In this document: in pieces, positions 15,503 to 27,919 of the stretch
Layout: each line of letters opens with the position of its first letter
Position numbering within the stretch: the stretch's first letter is position 1
NCBI GenBank assembly: GCA_963774265.1
Contig: CAVZDU010000007.1
Location: 320,001-384,000 of the forward strand
DNA: 64,000 bases
Direction: 5' to 3'
Source of the DNA: an uncultured Chloroflexia bacterium
Lineage (GTDB): Bacteria > Chloroflexota > Anaerolineae > CG2-30-64-16
Made by a program: the position numbers and the translations under genes
Notes under the pieces: generated by a model
Told to the model about the DNA's origin: nothing
What the model saw: only the letters and a program-made list of their open reading frames with translations
Databases searched by the model: none

Positions 15503-16717
15503 CTAGGACACCAGCGAACGGTAGAGCTCCAGGGTCCGGTGTGCGACGGCCGTCCAGCTGAAGTGATCCTCGACGCGCTTGCGTCCGTTACGCTCATACT
15601 TCTCCCGCAGGGCAGGATTCAGCGCCACGGAATTGATCCCCTCAGCCAGCTCACGAGAGAATTTGGCCGGGTCCACCGGGTCGAAGGTGCCTGGCTTCAA
15701 CTCCAGAGGTATCAGCTCGCCCGTCTCCTTAGGCACGACCACCTCGGGGATGCCGCCGATGGCCGATGCGACCACCGCGGTTTCACAGGCCATGGCCTCC
15801 AGGTTGATGATGCCGAAGGGCTCGTAGACCGACGGACAGCAGAACACGGTCGCGTTCGAGTAGTACTGGATCACCTGGTCCTTCGGCAACATCTCCTGAA
15901 TCCAGATGACGCAGGGGCGGTTGGCGCTGACCTCGTTTACGCGGGCGGCCATTTCCCTGGCGATCTCGGGTGTGTCGGGCGCGCCCGCACATAACACCAC
16001 CTGGATGGACGGATCGATGCGAGGGATCGCGTTCACCAGGTGAATAATGCCTTTCTGGCGGGTGATGCGGCCGACAAACAACACGTAGGGCCGTTCGGGA
16101 TCAACTCCGTGCTTCACCAGCGCGTCCACAGCCGGGTTATGGCGGTATTGATTCAAGTCAATACCGTTGTGGATCACCTTGACCTTCTCCGGGTCGACAT
16201 CGAAGTGGTTCAGTACGTCGTTGCGTGTCTCCTGTGAGACTGCAATCACGGCATCAGCCTGCGTGATGCCGTTGTTTTCGATCCAGGCGCTCAGGTGGTA
16301 GGCGTTGCCGAGTTGTTCCACTTTCCAGGGCCGCAGCGGCTCCAGCGAGTGGGTGGTCAGTACGAGCGGGATGCCCCACAGTTTTTTGGCCAGGAAGCCG
16401 GCAAACTGCACGTACCACGTGTGCACATGCACGACGCTGGCGTCCAGGTTATCTTTGGCCATCCCCAGGCTGCGATACATGGCGTCCAGCGCTCCGCCGA
16501 ATCGGGGGTCGGTGTTCTTCTTGGCCTCAGACCACGGGCCATAGCCCTTGACGCGTAGATTTGGTTCCTGCACATCCTGGTCGCCGAAGCAGCGCACTTC
16601 CATCGGCACCAATTGCGCCAACTCTTTGCTGAGGTACTCAACGACGACCCCGGCGCCGCCGTAGACATACGGCGGATACTCATTGGTGAAGAAGGCGACT
16701 TTTTCTATGCCCGGCAT
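15503..16717 (-). CDS. glgM: GT4 actinobacterial-type 'glycogen synthase' GlgA/GlgM (maltose-1-phosphate synthase)
   Basis: TNEYPPYVYGGAGV, HTWY, HSLEPLRPWKVEQLG, VGRITRQKG, CPSVYEPFGIINLEAMAC; adjacent to glgE. Confidence 0.88.
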   Translation of the reverse strand: MPGIEKVAFFTNEYPPYVYGGAGVVVEYLSKELAQLVPMEVRCFGDQDVQEPNLRVKGYGPWSEAKKNTDPRFGGALDAMYRSLGMAKDNLDASVVHVHTWYVQFAGFLAKKLWGIPLVLTTHSLEPLRPWKVEQLGNAYHLSAWIENNGITQADAVIAVSQETRNDVLNHFDVDPEKVKVIHNGIDLNQYRHNPAVDALVKHGVDPERPYVLFVGRITRQKGIIHLVNAIPRIDPSIQVVLCAGAPDTPEIAREMAARVNEVSANRPCVIWIQEMLPKDQVIQYYSNATVFCCPSVYEPFGIINLEAMACETAVVASAIGGIPEVVVPKETGELIPLELKPGTFDPVDPAKFSRELAEGINSVALNPALREKYERNGRKRVEDHFSWTAVAHRTLELYRSLVS

Positions 16718-16742
16718 CGTATCTCTCCTATCCCTCTAACGA

Positions 16743-16815
16743 ATTGAAGATTGAAGATGAAAGATTGAAGATCGCAGTCTGCAATCTTCAATCTGCGATC
16801 TTCAATCTTTCATCG
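16743..16815. repeat. Inverted heptamer-repeat element (GATTGAA vs TTCAATC)
   Basis: attgaagattgaagatgaaagattgaag ... caatcttcaatctgcgatcttcaatctttcatc. Confidence 0.8.
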
Positions 16816-16816
16816 T

Positions 16817-19693
16817 TTACGCGAGCTCCATCATGGCCATCTGTGTGGTTTCGATCTTCTTGGCCCGTGCGCGCAGGTAGATCTTGGTCAGTTCGGCCGC
16901 GACCGAGGCCATCAACGCGAACGGAATCACCCACACCCAGTCGATGAAGGGCAGGGCCACCGTTCCGAAGACGAACTGCAGGAACGGCACGTAGATCACC
17001 GCGATCACCAAGACAATCGAGAAGATCACTGCCATGTTCATCGCCTTATTGGAGAAGAAGCCGAGCTTGAACACCGAGACGCGCTCGGAACGAGCCGTGA
17101 ACGCCCGCAGCAGCTCGGATAGGGTCAGGGTTGCGAACGCCACCGTCCGCCACGTGGGCAGGTCAGGATCGCTCAAGGATGCACCCGGATAAGCGCCCGC
17201 CATGAGGTAGGACGCGAGGATCGCGATTGTCATCACCACTGCCTGCACCGCGATGCCGATCATCATCTCCCGGTTGATGATTGGCTCCCCGGCGGGCCGC
17301 GGCGGCCGTTCCATGATGCCGGGTTCGCCCTTCTCCATGCCCAGCGCCAAGGCGGGCGCGCCATCGGAAACCAGGTTCAGGAACAGGAGCATCGTCGGCG
17401 ACAGCGGGGAAGGCAGGCCGGCCAGCATCGCCAGGAAGATGATCAGGATCTCGCCGATGTTGCACGAGATCAGATAGAACACGAACTTGCGGATGTTGGA
17501 GTAGATGATGCGGCCTTCTTCGATGGCCGAGACGATGCTGGCGAAGTTATCGTCGGTCAGCACCATATCCGCGGTCTGCTTGGTCACATCGGTGCCGGTG
17601 ATGCCCATGGCCACGCCGATGTCGGCGCGCTTCAACGCCGGCGCGTCGTTCACGCCATCGCCGGTCATGGCCACCACCTGGTGACGGCGCCTGAGGGAGT
17701 CGACGATGCGCATCTTGTGTTCCGGCGAGCTGCGCGCGCAGGTGTTGAGATGGAGCACCATGCTGTCCAGCTCGTCATCGTTCATCGCGTTGATGTCGGC
17801 GCCGGAGACGACCGCACCACCCTCGGTGAGCATGCCGATCTCGCCCGCAATCGCGGCGGCCGTGTCCTTGTAGTCGCCGGTGATCATGATGCAGCGCAGG
17901 CCCGCCCTCTTGGCCGTTTCCACGGCCACCTTGACCTCGGGCCGGGCCGGGTCGATCATGCCCTGGAGGCCCAGGAAGGTCATGTTGCGCTCCAGCTCTT
18001 CGGGCTTTGGCTCTTCAGGCACGGCCTTCAGCGTCTTGAAGCCCGCGCCCAGCACGCGCAACGCCGAGGTCGCCATGCCCTTGTTCGCGGCCAGGATCTC
18101 TTCGCGTAGTTCGGGGGTCAGCGGTACGATCTTGTCGCCCAACACGACATCGTCGCAGTAGCTCAGCACGAGGTCGGGCCCGCCTTTGACAAACGCCACG
18201 TAGGGATCCGGTACGGGCGCCGCGCTGCCGTTCTTCAAATTGTTGATGCGTTCACCCAGCTCACCCGCGTCGTGGATGGTGGTCATCATCTTGCGGTCGG
18301 AGTCGAAGGGGATTTCGGCGATGCGCGGGAAGGTTTTCTGCGTTTCTGCCAGGGCCAGGCCTGCCTTGGCCGCGGCCACTACCATCGCGCCTTCCGTGGG
18401 ATCGCCGATCATCTTCCAGACGTTCTTGCCGCTTTCGTCGGGCGCCAGTTCCAGCCTGGCGTCGTTACAGAGCATCATGCCGTGCAGGAGCAGGTTGGTG
18501 CCTGCGTCGCTGGTCGCGGTAAGCGGTGCACCTTTCTGGGAGAACTCGCCTACAGGCGCGTACCCTTCGCCAGTCACATCGAAAGTGTTTCCGCCGGCCC
18601 AGCCGCGCGTCACGGTCATCTGGTTCTGGGTGAGGGTGCCGGTCTTGTCGGAGCAGATCGTCGTGCAGGAGCCCAAGGTTTCCACCGCGGGCAGCTTGCG
18701 GATCAGTGCCTGCCGCTGCACCATGCGCCCCATGCCCAGCGCCAGACAGACGGTGACGACCGCAGACAGGCCTTCGGGCACTGCCGCGATTGCCAGGCTG
18801 ACGGCGGTCATCACGAGCTCGATGACTTGCTTGCCATGTGCGGCCCAGTAGGCGCCGATCCCCTCCGCGAAGATCATGCGGGGGCTCGTGTCACGGATCA
18901 AGCCGAACAGGAAGATGAAGGCACAGACGGAGAGCGCAACGATGCCCAGCGTCTTGCCGAGCTGATCCAGCTTGATCTGGAGCGGGGTTTGTTCGTCCTC
19001 GCTGCTCTGCAGCATCTCGGCGATCTGGCCGAGCTGCGTCTGCATGCCCGTCGCGGTGACGATGCCGGTGCCGCGGCCGTAGGTGACCAGCATGGAGCTG
19101 AACGCGCAGTTGTCGCGGTCGCCGATCGGCGCATCGGGCTCAAGGATGACTTTCGCATTCTTGTCGACGGGCACCGATTCGCCGGTGAGCGAAGCCTCTT
19201 CCGATTTCATGTTGACGGCTTCGATCAGGCGCAGATCAGCCGGCATGTAGTTCCCAGCCTCCACCATCACCAGGTCGCCGACCACCAGTTCGCGTGCGGG
19301 GATCGTCGTCTGCTGGCCATCACGGATGACCCGTGCATTGGGCGCGGACATCTTCTTCAACGCGGCCAGCGATGCTTCCGCCTTCGACTCCTGTACAACG
19401 CCGATGATGGAGTTGAGCGCGACGATGGCCAGGATTACGATCGCATCGATCCACTCGCCCAGCGCAATTGACAATATGGCGGATGCGATCAGGATGATGA
19501 TCAGGAAATCTTTGAATTGATCAAACAACAAGCTGAGAAAGCCGGGTCGCGGCTTCTCTTTCAGCTCATTGGGACCGTTCTTCTCGAGCCGGGCTCGGGC
19601 CTCCGCGTTGGTCAGGCCCTTCACCCGGTCTGTGCCCAGCTCTTTCGCCGTCTGTTCGATAGACCAGGCATGGGCGATGTTTTTATCTGCCAT
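16817..19693 (-). CDS. Cation-transporting P-type ATPase, P2A (Ca2+) type
   Basis: [51 protein letters not shown]. Confidence 0.93.
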   Translation of the reverse strand: MADKNIAHAWSIEQTAKELGTDRVKGLTNAEARARLEKNGPNELKEKPRPGFLSLLFDQFKDFLIIILIASAILSIALGEWIDAIVILAIVALNSIIGVVQESKAEASLAALKKMSAPNARVIRDGQQTTIPARELVVGDLVMVEAGNYMPADLRLIEAVNMKSEEASLTGESVPVDKNAKVILEPDAPIGDRDNCAFSSMLVTYGRGTGIVTATGMQTQLGQIAEMLQSSEDEQTPLQIKLDQLGKTLGIVALSVCAFIFLFGLIRDTSPRMIFAEGIGAYWAAHGKQVIELVMTAVSLAIAAVPEGLSAVVTVCLALGMGRMVQRQALIRKLPAVETLGSCTTICSDKTGTLTQNQMTVTRGWAGGNTFDVTGEGYAPVGEFSQKGAPLTATSDAGTNLLLHGMMLCNDARLELAPDESGKNVWKMIGDPTEGAMVVAAAKAGLALAETQKTFPRIAEIPFDSDRKMMTTIHDAGELGERINNLKNGSAAPVPDPYVAFVKGGPDLVLSYCDDVVLGDKIVPLTPELREEILAANKGMATSALRVLGAGFKTLKAVPEEPKPEELERNMTFLGLQGMIDPARPEVKVAVETAKRAGLRCIMITGDYKDTAAAIAGEIGMLTEGGAVVSGADINAMNDDELDSMVLHLNTCARSSPEHKMRIVDSLRRRHQVVAMTGDGVNDAPALKRADIGVAMGITGTDVTKQTADMVLTDDNFASIVSAIEEGRIIYSNIRKFVFYLISCNIGEILIIFLAMLAGLPSPLSPTMLLFLNLVSDGAPALALGMEKGEPGIMERPPRPAGEPIINREMMIGIAVQAVVMTIAILASYLMAGAYPGASLSDPDLPTWRTVAFATLTLSELLRAFTARSERVSVFKLGFFSNKAMNMAVIFSIVLVIAVIYVPFLQFVFGTVALPFIDWVWVIPFALMASVAAELTKIYLRARAKKIETTQMAMMELA

Positions 19694-19710
19694 GACTCTT
19701 CTCCTGCTAT

Positions 19711-19746
19711 TGGGGCGGCATACCTCACGGTGAAGGTCGCCCCTAC
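19711..19746 (-). repeat. Degenerate GTAG-type REP
   Basis: Minus strand GTAGGGGCGACCTTC...GCCGCCCCA just after the short gnd stop. Confidence 0.4.
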
Positions 19747-19750
19747 GATC

Positions 19751-20659
<909 letters not shown>

Positions 20660-20691
20660 AGTTGCAGGTCCTTTCCTCAGAAACGATAAGA

Positions 20692-21387
20692 CTATGCCGC
20701 TCGCTTCAGGCTTTTGATGCCCGAAGCCCCGGCAACGATCACTTCATCTGTCAGTCCCAGAAACAGCCCATGACATACGATGCCCGTGCGGGCATCCAAC
20801 CGGGCGCCCAGACCGACCGGATCTGCGATCGGCCCGAAGGCGCTGTCCAGGATGTAATTGCCCTGGTCCGTTTTGAACGGCGCTCCGTCTGCGCCTGGCC
20901 GCAGACGAGGCTGGGCGCCCAGGGACTCCAGGTAGGCCACTTGTGTGCGCCAGCCAAACGGGATGACCTCAACCGGCACAGCCCAATGCGTGCCCAGGGC
21001 CGGCGACAGCTTCGACTCGTCGACGATGATAATCTCGCGGCGGCTGGACTGCGCGACGAGTTTCTCGCGCAACAGGGCCCCGCCGCCGCCCTTGATCAGG
21101 TTCAAGTCCGGATCCACCTCGTCTGCGCCGTCGAAGGTGAAGTCGATCACCTGGTGCTCTTCCAGCGTCGTCAGCGGGATGCCCAGACGCCTGGCTTCAG
21201 CTTCGATCACACGTGAACAGGGAATCCCCTGGATGTCGGTCAGCTCGCCGCACGAGAGCTTCTCAGCCAGGCCGCGCACTGCCAGGATCGCCGTGCTGCC
21301 GGCGCCAAGGCCCACAATCATGCCCGACTCGATATATGTGAGCGCCTGGTCGGCGGCTTGCTGCTTCAAAGATCGTTCTGGGTTCAT
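20692..21387 (-). CDS. rpiA: Ribose-5-phosphate isomerase A
   Basis: GLGAGST, DGADEVD, IKGGGGALLREK, PVEV. Confidence 0.95.
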   Translation of the reverse strand: MNPERSLKQQAADQALTYIESGMIVGLGAGSTAILAVRGLAEKLSCGELTDIQGIPCSRVIEAEARRLGIPLTTLEEHQVIDFTFDGADEVDPDLNLIKGGGGALLREKLVAQSSRREIIIVDESKLSPALGTHWAVPVEVIPFGWRTQVAYLESLGAQPRLRPGADGAPFKTDQGNYILDSAFGPIADPVGLGARLDARTGIVCHGLFLGLTDEVIVAGASGIKSLKRAA

Positions 21388-21401
21388 ACTCACCTCTTGG
21401 A

Positions 21402-21476
21402 CAAAAGGAAGAGGGAAGAAGGAAGAGGCCCTGCATACTTCGTCGACGTTCCATCTTCCATTTTCCTTTTCCCTTC
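21402..21476. repeat. Inverted purine/pyrimidine heptamer-repeat element
   Basis: aaaaggaagagggaagaaggaagagg ... ccatcttccattttccttttccctt between tal and rpiA. Confidence 0.6.
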
Positions 21477-21478
21477 GG

Positions 21479-22606
21479 TTACTCTCCGACGACGGCTTTG
21501 CGGCTTGCTTCCATCGCGTCCATGAGGGCCTTCCAGGCACTGGCGAAGGATTTGACGCCTTCAGCCTCAAGTTCAGCCGTCACAGTGGCCATCGAGATTC
21601 CCAATGCCTCCAGCCTGGCGAGCGATTGATAGGCCCCCGCGAGGTTCTCTTCCAGGCTGTTGGCGCGCACGATCCCGTGATCCAGGAACGCCTTTAGGGT
21701 CGCAGGCGGGACGGTGTTGACCGTATCCACGCCGACGAGCTCTTCGATGTAGACCACGTCGCGGTACGCCGGGTTCTTGGTTCCGGTGGAAGCCCACAGC
21801 GGACGCTGCACCCGCGCGCCTTTGGCCTTGAGCCCGGCGAAGCGCTCCGAGCCAAAGATGATCTTGAAGTCGTTGTAGGCCAGCCGGGCATTGGCGACCG
21901 CGGCCTGGCCCAAGAACTTGGCTGCGGCCTCGGCCCGTGCTCCTCCGCGGTCGATCATGCCGTTCAGGTGTCCATCAATCTTGGTGTCGACGCGAGAGAC
22001 GAAGAACGACGCCACCGAGGCGATCGAGTCGATCGGCAGTCCCTTGGCCACGCGGTTCTCGAGGCCGGCGATATACGCCTCCATAACCGCGCAATGCCGC
22101 TCGCGTGAGAAGATCAGCGTGACGTTGACGTTGATGCCAGCCTCGATCGCATCCTTGATCGCAGGCAGTCCCTCCAGGGTGGCCGGGATCTTGACCATCA
22201 GGTTCGGCCGATTCACCCGCTTCCAGAGCCGCTTGGCCTCGGAAAGTGTGACGGCGGTGTCATGGGCCAGGTAGGGGTTGACCTCCAGGCTGACGTAGCC
22301 GTCACCCTTCTTGCTCTCGTCATAGAGCGGTCTTAGCAGGTCGGCGGCCGCCTGGATATCCTCGATCGCCAGGTCCCAGAAGATCTCCTCCCCGGTTTTG
22401 CCGGCCTTCGCCAGAGGCGCCAGCGCTGCATCGTAATCGTTCGACTTTGTAACCGCATTCATGAAGATCGTTGGGTTAGAGGTGACGCCGCGGATCTCCC
22501 CGCGCGCGATCATTCCCCCTAGTTCGCCGTTGTTCAGCAGGCGGCGCTCGACGTTGTCGTACCAGATCGACTGGCCTGCGGCACGTAGTTGTTGAGAGGT
22601 ATTCAT
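21479..22606 (-). CDS. tal: Transaldolase (actinobacterial/cyanobacterial type)
   Basis: GQSIWYD, GVTSNPTIF, VSLEV, MVKIPAT, NVTLIFS, ASFFVSRVD, RPLWASTGTK. Confidence 0.95.
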   Translation of the reverse strand: MNTSQQLRAAGQSIWYDNVERRLLNNGELGGMIARGEIRGVTSNPTIFMNAVTKSNDYDAALAPLAKAGKTGEEIFWDLAIEDIQAAADLLRPLYDESKKGDGYVSLEVNPYLAHDTAVTLSEAKRLWKRVNRPNLMVKIPATLEGLPAIKDAIEAGINVNVTLIFSRERHCAVMEAYIAGLENRVAKGLPIDSIASVASFFVSRVDTKIDGHLNGMIDRGGARAEAAAKFLGQAAVANARLAYNDFKIIFGSERFAGLKAKGARVQRPLWASTGTKNPAYRDVVYIEELVGVDTVNTVPPATLKAFLDHGIVRANSLEENLAGAYQSLARLEALGISMATVTAELEAEGVKSFASAWKALMDAMEASRKAVVGE

Positions 22607-22615
22607 GTGTTTCTC

Positions 22616-24624
22616 CTACAGCAATTCTTCCGCGATCTTCACGACGTTATCGGCCGTGAGGCCGAACTTCTCGAAGACCGTTGCGGCGGGCGCGGATGCA
22701 CCGTAGTGATCGATGCCGAGAATGCGGCCCTGCGAGCCGACGAATTTGTGCCAGCCCATGGTGATGGCGGCTTCGACGGCCACCCGGGCGGTGACGTCCG
22801 GCGGGAGGACGGAGTCCTTGTAGGCGGGGTCCTGTTCAGAGAAGAGCCGCCAGCTCGGAACGGATACGAGGCGGACCGCGACGCCCTTCTCGGCCAGGCG
22901 TTTCCCGGCCTCGACGATCAGGCCCACTTCGGAGCCGCTTGCCATCAGGATAATCTGCGGCTTGCCCTTTCCGTAGTCCTTGAGCACGTAAGCGCCCTTT
23001 TTCAGGTCCGATGCCGGCGCGTACGTGCCGGCGGTGCGGTCCAGGGTGGGCAGGTTCTGCCGCGTCAGCACCAGCGCGCTGGGGCGGTGGCTGCTCTCGA
23101 TCGCAACCTTCCATGCCTCGCGAACTTCATTGGCGTCCGCCGGCCGCAGGTCGATCACATCGGGGATCGACCGCAGCGCGGCCAGGTGCTCGATCGGCTG
23201 GTGTGTCGGACCATCCTCGCCGACACCGATACTGTCATGCGTGAAGACCGAGATCCTCCTTATGTGCGACAGCGCGGCCACGCGTAGGACCGGCCGCATG
23301 TAGTCGGAGAAGACGAAGAAGGTCGAGTCGAAGGGGATGATGCCGCCGTGGTAGGCGATACCATTGGTGATGGCGCCCATGCCATGCTCGCGCACGCCGA
23401 AGTGGATGTTGCGGCCTTCGCGGCAGTCAGGCGCGAAAGCCGGGCTGTTGTTCATCCAGGTGAGCGTCGAGGGCGCGAGGTCAGCCGAGCCGCCGACCAG
23501 GTCGGGGAGCTTTTCGGCGATGGCGTTGAGCACTTTGCCGGAGGATGCGCGTGAGGCGAGGCCCTTCGGGTCGGCCGGGAACTCGATGAGGCCATCAGCC
23601 CAGCCTTCCGGCAGCTTGCCGGCCAGCCGCCGCTCCAGTTCTGCGGCCAGCTCGGGGTATTCGGCCCGGTAGGCCTCGAACTTTTTCTGCCAGGCGGCTT
23701 CCAACTCGGCGCCGCGAGTGACGGCCTGCCGGAAGACGGCCAACGATTCATCGGGGATGTAGAAGCGCGGCTCGGCGGGCCAACCCATGGCCTCCTTGGC
23801 AGCGTTCAGCTCCTTGTCGCCCGGCGGCTCGCCGTGCGCCTTGGATGTCCCCTGGCGGGTGGGCAGGCCGTAACCGATAATGTTGTGCACCATAATGATC
23901 GATGGCCGCGGATCCTGCTTGCGCGACCCTGATCGCCTGGTCGATGGCTTCCACGTCCAGCCCGTCCGCGACCTTTTGTACGTGCCAGCCGTAGGCCTCG
24001 AAGCGCATGCCCCGATCTTCGGTGAACGCGAGACTCGGTGGAGCCTTCGATGGAGATGTGGTTGTCGTCGTACAGGTAGATGAGCTTGCCCAGTTGCAGG
24101 TGGCCGGCTAGCGAGGCCGCCTCGGACGCCACACCCTCCATCAAGTCACCGTCGGTGACGATGGCGTAGGTGTAGTGGTCGATGATATCGTGGCCCGGCC
24201 GGTTGTAGACCGCGGCCAGGTGTGCTTCGGCGATGGCCATGCCCACGCCGTTGCTCAAGCCCGCGCCCAAGGGGCCGGTGGTGGCTTCGACGCCGGGTGT
24301 CAGGCCAAATTCCGGGTGGCCGGGCGTCAGGCTGCCCCATTGGCGGAAGCGCTTCAGCTCTTCAAGGGGCAGGGCGTAACCCGTCAGGTGCAGCAGGGTG
24401 TACACCAGCATGGAGCCATGCCCGCCCGACAGGACGAAGCGGTCGCGGTTAGGCCATTTCGGATTGGCCGGGTTGTGCCGCAGATATTTGGTCCAGATGG
24501 TGTAGGCCGACGGGGCCGTGCCCATGGGCAGGCCCGGATGCCCCGAATTGGCCTGCTGCACGCCGTCCGCGGCCAGGAACCGGATGGTGTTGATGCACAA
24601 TTGCTCGAGTGATTGTTCGGGCAT
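22616..24624 (-). CDS. tkt: Transketolase, frameshifts at about 23900-24040
   Basis: [54 protein letters not shown] across two ORFs. Confidence 0.93.
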
Positions 24625-24665
24625 ACGAATCTCCTTTACGGATTTCAATCCTCTATCTTCAATCG

Positions 24666-25764
24666 CTAACGTTGGATGCGCGCCGAGCCGCCCTTGGCGA
24701 ACGCCCGCACCTGCTCTACCGTCGCCATCGTCGTGTCGCCGGGGAAGGTGGTCAGCAGCGCACCGTGCGCCCAGCCCAGGTTGACTGCTTCCTGCTCGGA
24801 GGCGCCGGACAACAGGCCGTAGAAGAAGCCTGCGGCATAGCCGTCGCCGCCGCCCACGCGATCCACCACGTCCAGCTCGCAGGTGGGCGACTGATAGGTC
24901 TTGCCGTTGATCCAGGCGACCGCGCCCCAGCTGTGGCGGTTGGTCGAGTGCACCTCGCGCAGGGTGGTCGCGACGACCTTGACGTTCGGGTACATCGCGG
25001 TCACCTTGTCGATCATGCCGAAGAAGGCGCTCGGGTCCAGCTTGGACTTGGCGCCGGCCGCACCTCGGCCCGGGGATGCCGAGACCCATCTGCAGGTCCT
25101 CTTCGTTGCCGACGATCACATCGACGTTCTCCACGATGCGCCGGAGCACCTTCAGGGCGACCTCGTGGCCGCCCCACAGGTTCCACAGCTTGGCGCGGTA
25201 GTTGAGGTCGAACGGAGGTGATGGCGCCGGCAGCCTTGGCCGCCTTCATGCCTTCGATGATGAGCTCGCCCGTGGTCTCGGACGAGCGCGGCGAAGATGC
25301 CGCCGCTGTGGAACCAGCGCACGCCGCCGGCCGGCGAAGATCTTGGCCCAGTCGAAGTCGCCCGGCTTGAGCTGCGCCGCGGCTTCGTTGCTGCGGTTGT
25401 AGAACACCACCGGCGCGCGCACGCCCTGGCCCCGGTCGCTGTAGACCGTGGCCATGTTCGGGCCGGTCACGCCGTTGTGCTCGAAGCGCTTGTAGAACGG
25501 GGTGACGCCCATGGCCCGCACGCGTTCGGCGATCAGGTCGCCGATCGGGTAGTCCACCATCGCGGTGGCGATGCCCGTCTTCAGGCCGAAGCAGTCGGCC
25601 AGGTTGGCGGCCACGTTGAACTCGCCGCCGCTCACGTGGATGTCGCAGTGGGTGGCTTTCCGAAAGGGGATGATCCCCGGGTCCAGGCGATGGACCAGCG
25701 CACCCAGCGACATCAGGTCCAGCGCGCCCTTCGCGACCTCGTTCAGGTTCATGCCGTACTTCAT
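24666..25764 (-). CDS. PfkB sugar kinase, 2-keto-3-deoxygluconate kinase-like, frameshifted
   Basis: [46 protein letters not shown] spread over several frames. Confidence 0.82.
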
Positions 25765-27035
25765 TTCTTGACCTCCTCACTTTGTACAGCATCTCGCCGG
25801 CCCTGGGCACGTAGAGGATGCCTTCATCCTCGCGATTCTGCCAGTCCGCCGGGTTGATCGTGGCCGGATCCAGGTAGCCCAGGTTCAGCCTGGCGCAGTC
25901 CTCGGGTGAGATCTTGCTCGCCAGCGTCACCCTGACGTTGGGCTTTCTCGATCCCCGTTCTCCATCACGCCCGAGCCGCGCACGTGCGTGCTGTGCGCCA
26001 GCACGCCCAGCGGCAGGTGCTTGTAACTGATCCCAGTCCGCCAGGAAGTAGGGCAGGATGTGGTAGCCCACCTCGTAGATGTACTTGCCGTGAACGTGGC
26101 TGACCACATCCAGGTGCGGGGCGTAGATGATGAGCTCGCCGCCCACTTCCACCGCGGACTCCATCTTGTACATGCATTTGCCCGCGGTCCAGAGCTCGTC
26201 GTACATGGGCGGGCAGCAGGACAGCACGCGCTTGTACGGGTGATCGCACCACTGGATGTGCCGCTGCGACGATACGTCCGCCGCCGCGCTCCAGGTCTCG
26301 TACACGTCGCCGATCAGCACGCCCGCCAGGTCGTGCCCTTCGACGATCAGGGCCGCCAGCGTGGCCGGCGTCTTCAGGCGGCGCGTTGCGGCGTGGATCA
26401 TGGCCCGCACCGGCGTATCCTTGATGCCGATCGTGCCGACGCACCGTCGCGAGCGCGCCCAGCCAGTGGGTGGCGTTGATCACGTCCGGCCCGGAGATGC
26501 CGGGGAAGAAGTACTTCGCGCCGCCGGAGAAGCCGACCACTTCATGCGGGAAGGTCGGGCCGAGGATGACGATGTGATCGTGCTCCAGCACGGCCTTGTT
26601 GATGCGGATGTTGATCTCGGTCGGCAGCGATGGGTGCTAGCTTGCGCCCGGCGAGCTGCTTGATCTCGTCCTGGTCCGATCACGCCGAGCGAGGCCAGCG
26701 CCGCCGGATCGTCCCAGGCATGGTTGAGCAGGCCGACGTGCTGGAAGGTCGTCGCACGTTCCTCGGCGGTGATGCCCACCAGGTGGTTCAGGCCCTCTTC
26801 GGAGTACCCCGGATGCGTTCCCAGCGCGACCATGAAGTTGAGCTCGCGCACATCGTGCAGCACCTCAACGATCATGCGGAACAGCTCGGGCAGCGGCAGC
26901 GAGCGGGTATGGTCGGGGATGAGCACCAGCACCTTCTGCCCGGTGAGCCTGCCGCCCAGCCCCTTGGTCAGGGTCTCCTTGACGCATCGTGCGTCAGGAT
27001 GGCCGGTTTCGGAGATTGTCTTGAGCGATAATCAT
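25765..27035 (-). CDS. LarA (lactate racemase/DUF2088) superfamily protein, probable mannonate/gluconate 2-epimerase, frameshifted
   Basis: VLIPDHTR, VALGTH, NHAWDD, FPHEVVGFSGGAKYFFPG, MYDELWTAGKCMYKME, LAHSTHVRG; exact ends uncertain. Confidence 0.8.
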
Positions 27036-27080
27036 GTGTTCGATCCGTCAATCTGTCAGGAGTGCCCCTTGCAATCGCCG

Positions 27081-27919
27081 TTACACGCCAGCGTACGCCG
27101 AGAACCCGCCATCCACCGGCACCGTGATGCCCGTGACGAACGAGGAGGCCGGCGAAAGCAGCCAGAGCACGCAGCCCAGCAGGTCTTCGGGCACGCCGAA
27201 GCGGCCCATGGGGGTGTGGTCGAGGATCTTCTGGCCGCGCGCGGTCAGCGCGCCGGTTTCCTTGTCGGTCAACAGGAAGCGGTTCTGCTCGCCCAGGAAG
27301 AAGCCGGGTGCGATCGCGTTGACGCGGATCTTGCCGGAGTAGTTCTGCGCCAGGTGCACGGCCAGCCAGGCGGTGAAGTTGGTGATGCGCGGCCTTGGAC
27401 GCCGAGTAGGCCGCGATATTGGTCAGCGGGCGATAGGCGTTCATGGATGAGTAGTTCAGGATCGACCCCTTCGCCGGCCTCGACCATCTGCTTGCCGAGG
27501 ATCTGGCAGGGCATGATGGTGCCGAGGAGGTTCAGGTCGAGCACGAACCGCAGTCGCCTCCTCCGGGATGTCGAAGAAGCTCATGGTCGGGGAGACCGGT
27601 GGCCTTCGGGCTGTTGCCGCCCGCGGCGTTGACCAGGCCGTAGAGGGTGCCGAAGCGCTTGTTGATCGCCTCGCCGGCCGCCTCCAGGCTGTCGCGGTTC
27701 ATCACGTCAACCTGGAACCCATCGACCTGGGCTCCAAGCGGGCCGAGGCTATCCTTAATGGCCGGGACGCCGGTCCAGGTTGCGGTCGAGGATCATGACG
27801 TTCGCGCCGCAGCCTGCCAGGGCGGTTACGACGTCGCCGCCCAGCGCGCCGGCGCCGCCGGTGACAGCGAAAGTCTTGCCGGTGAAGTCGTACATCTTCG
27901 TGAGGTCTGCAAGGTTCAT
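27081..27919 (-). CDS. SDR oxidoreductase, D-mannonate oxidoreductase (fructuronate reductase)-like, frameshifted
   Basis: AVTGGAGALG, VNAAGGN, SSMNAYRPLTNIAAYSASKAA, RVNAIAPGFF, HTPMGRFG, VPVDGGFSAY. Confidence 0.82.

Noticed and set aside
18272-19471. 399-aa plus-strand ORF
   Set aside because: Antisense shadow of the P-type ATPase.
23806-26410. Apparent fusion ORFs (PfkB-transketolase, LarA-PfkB)
   Set aside because: Chimeras caused by frameshifts; each gene has its own RBS and start.
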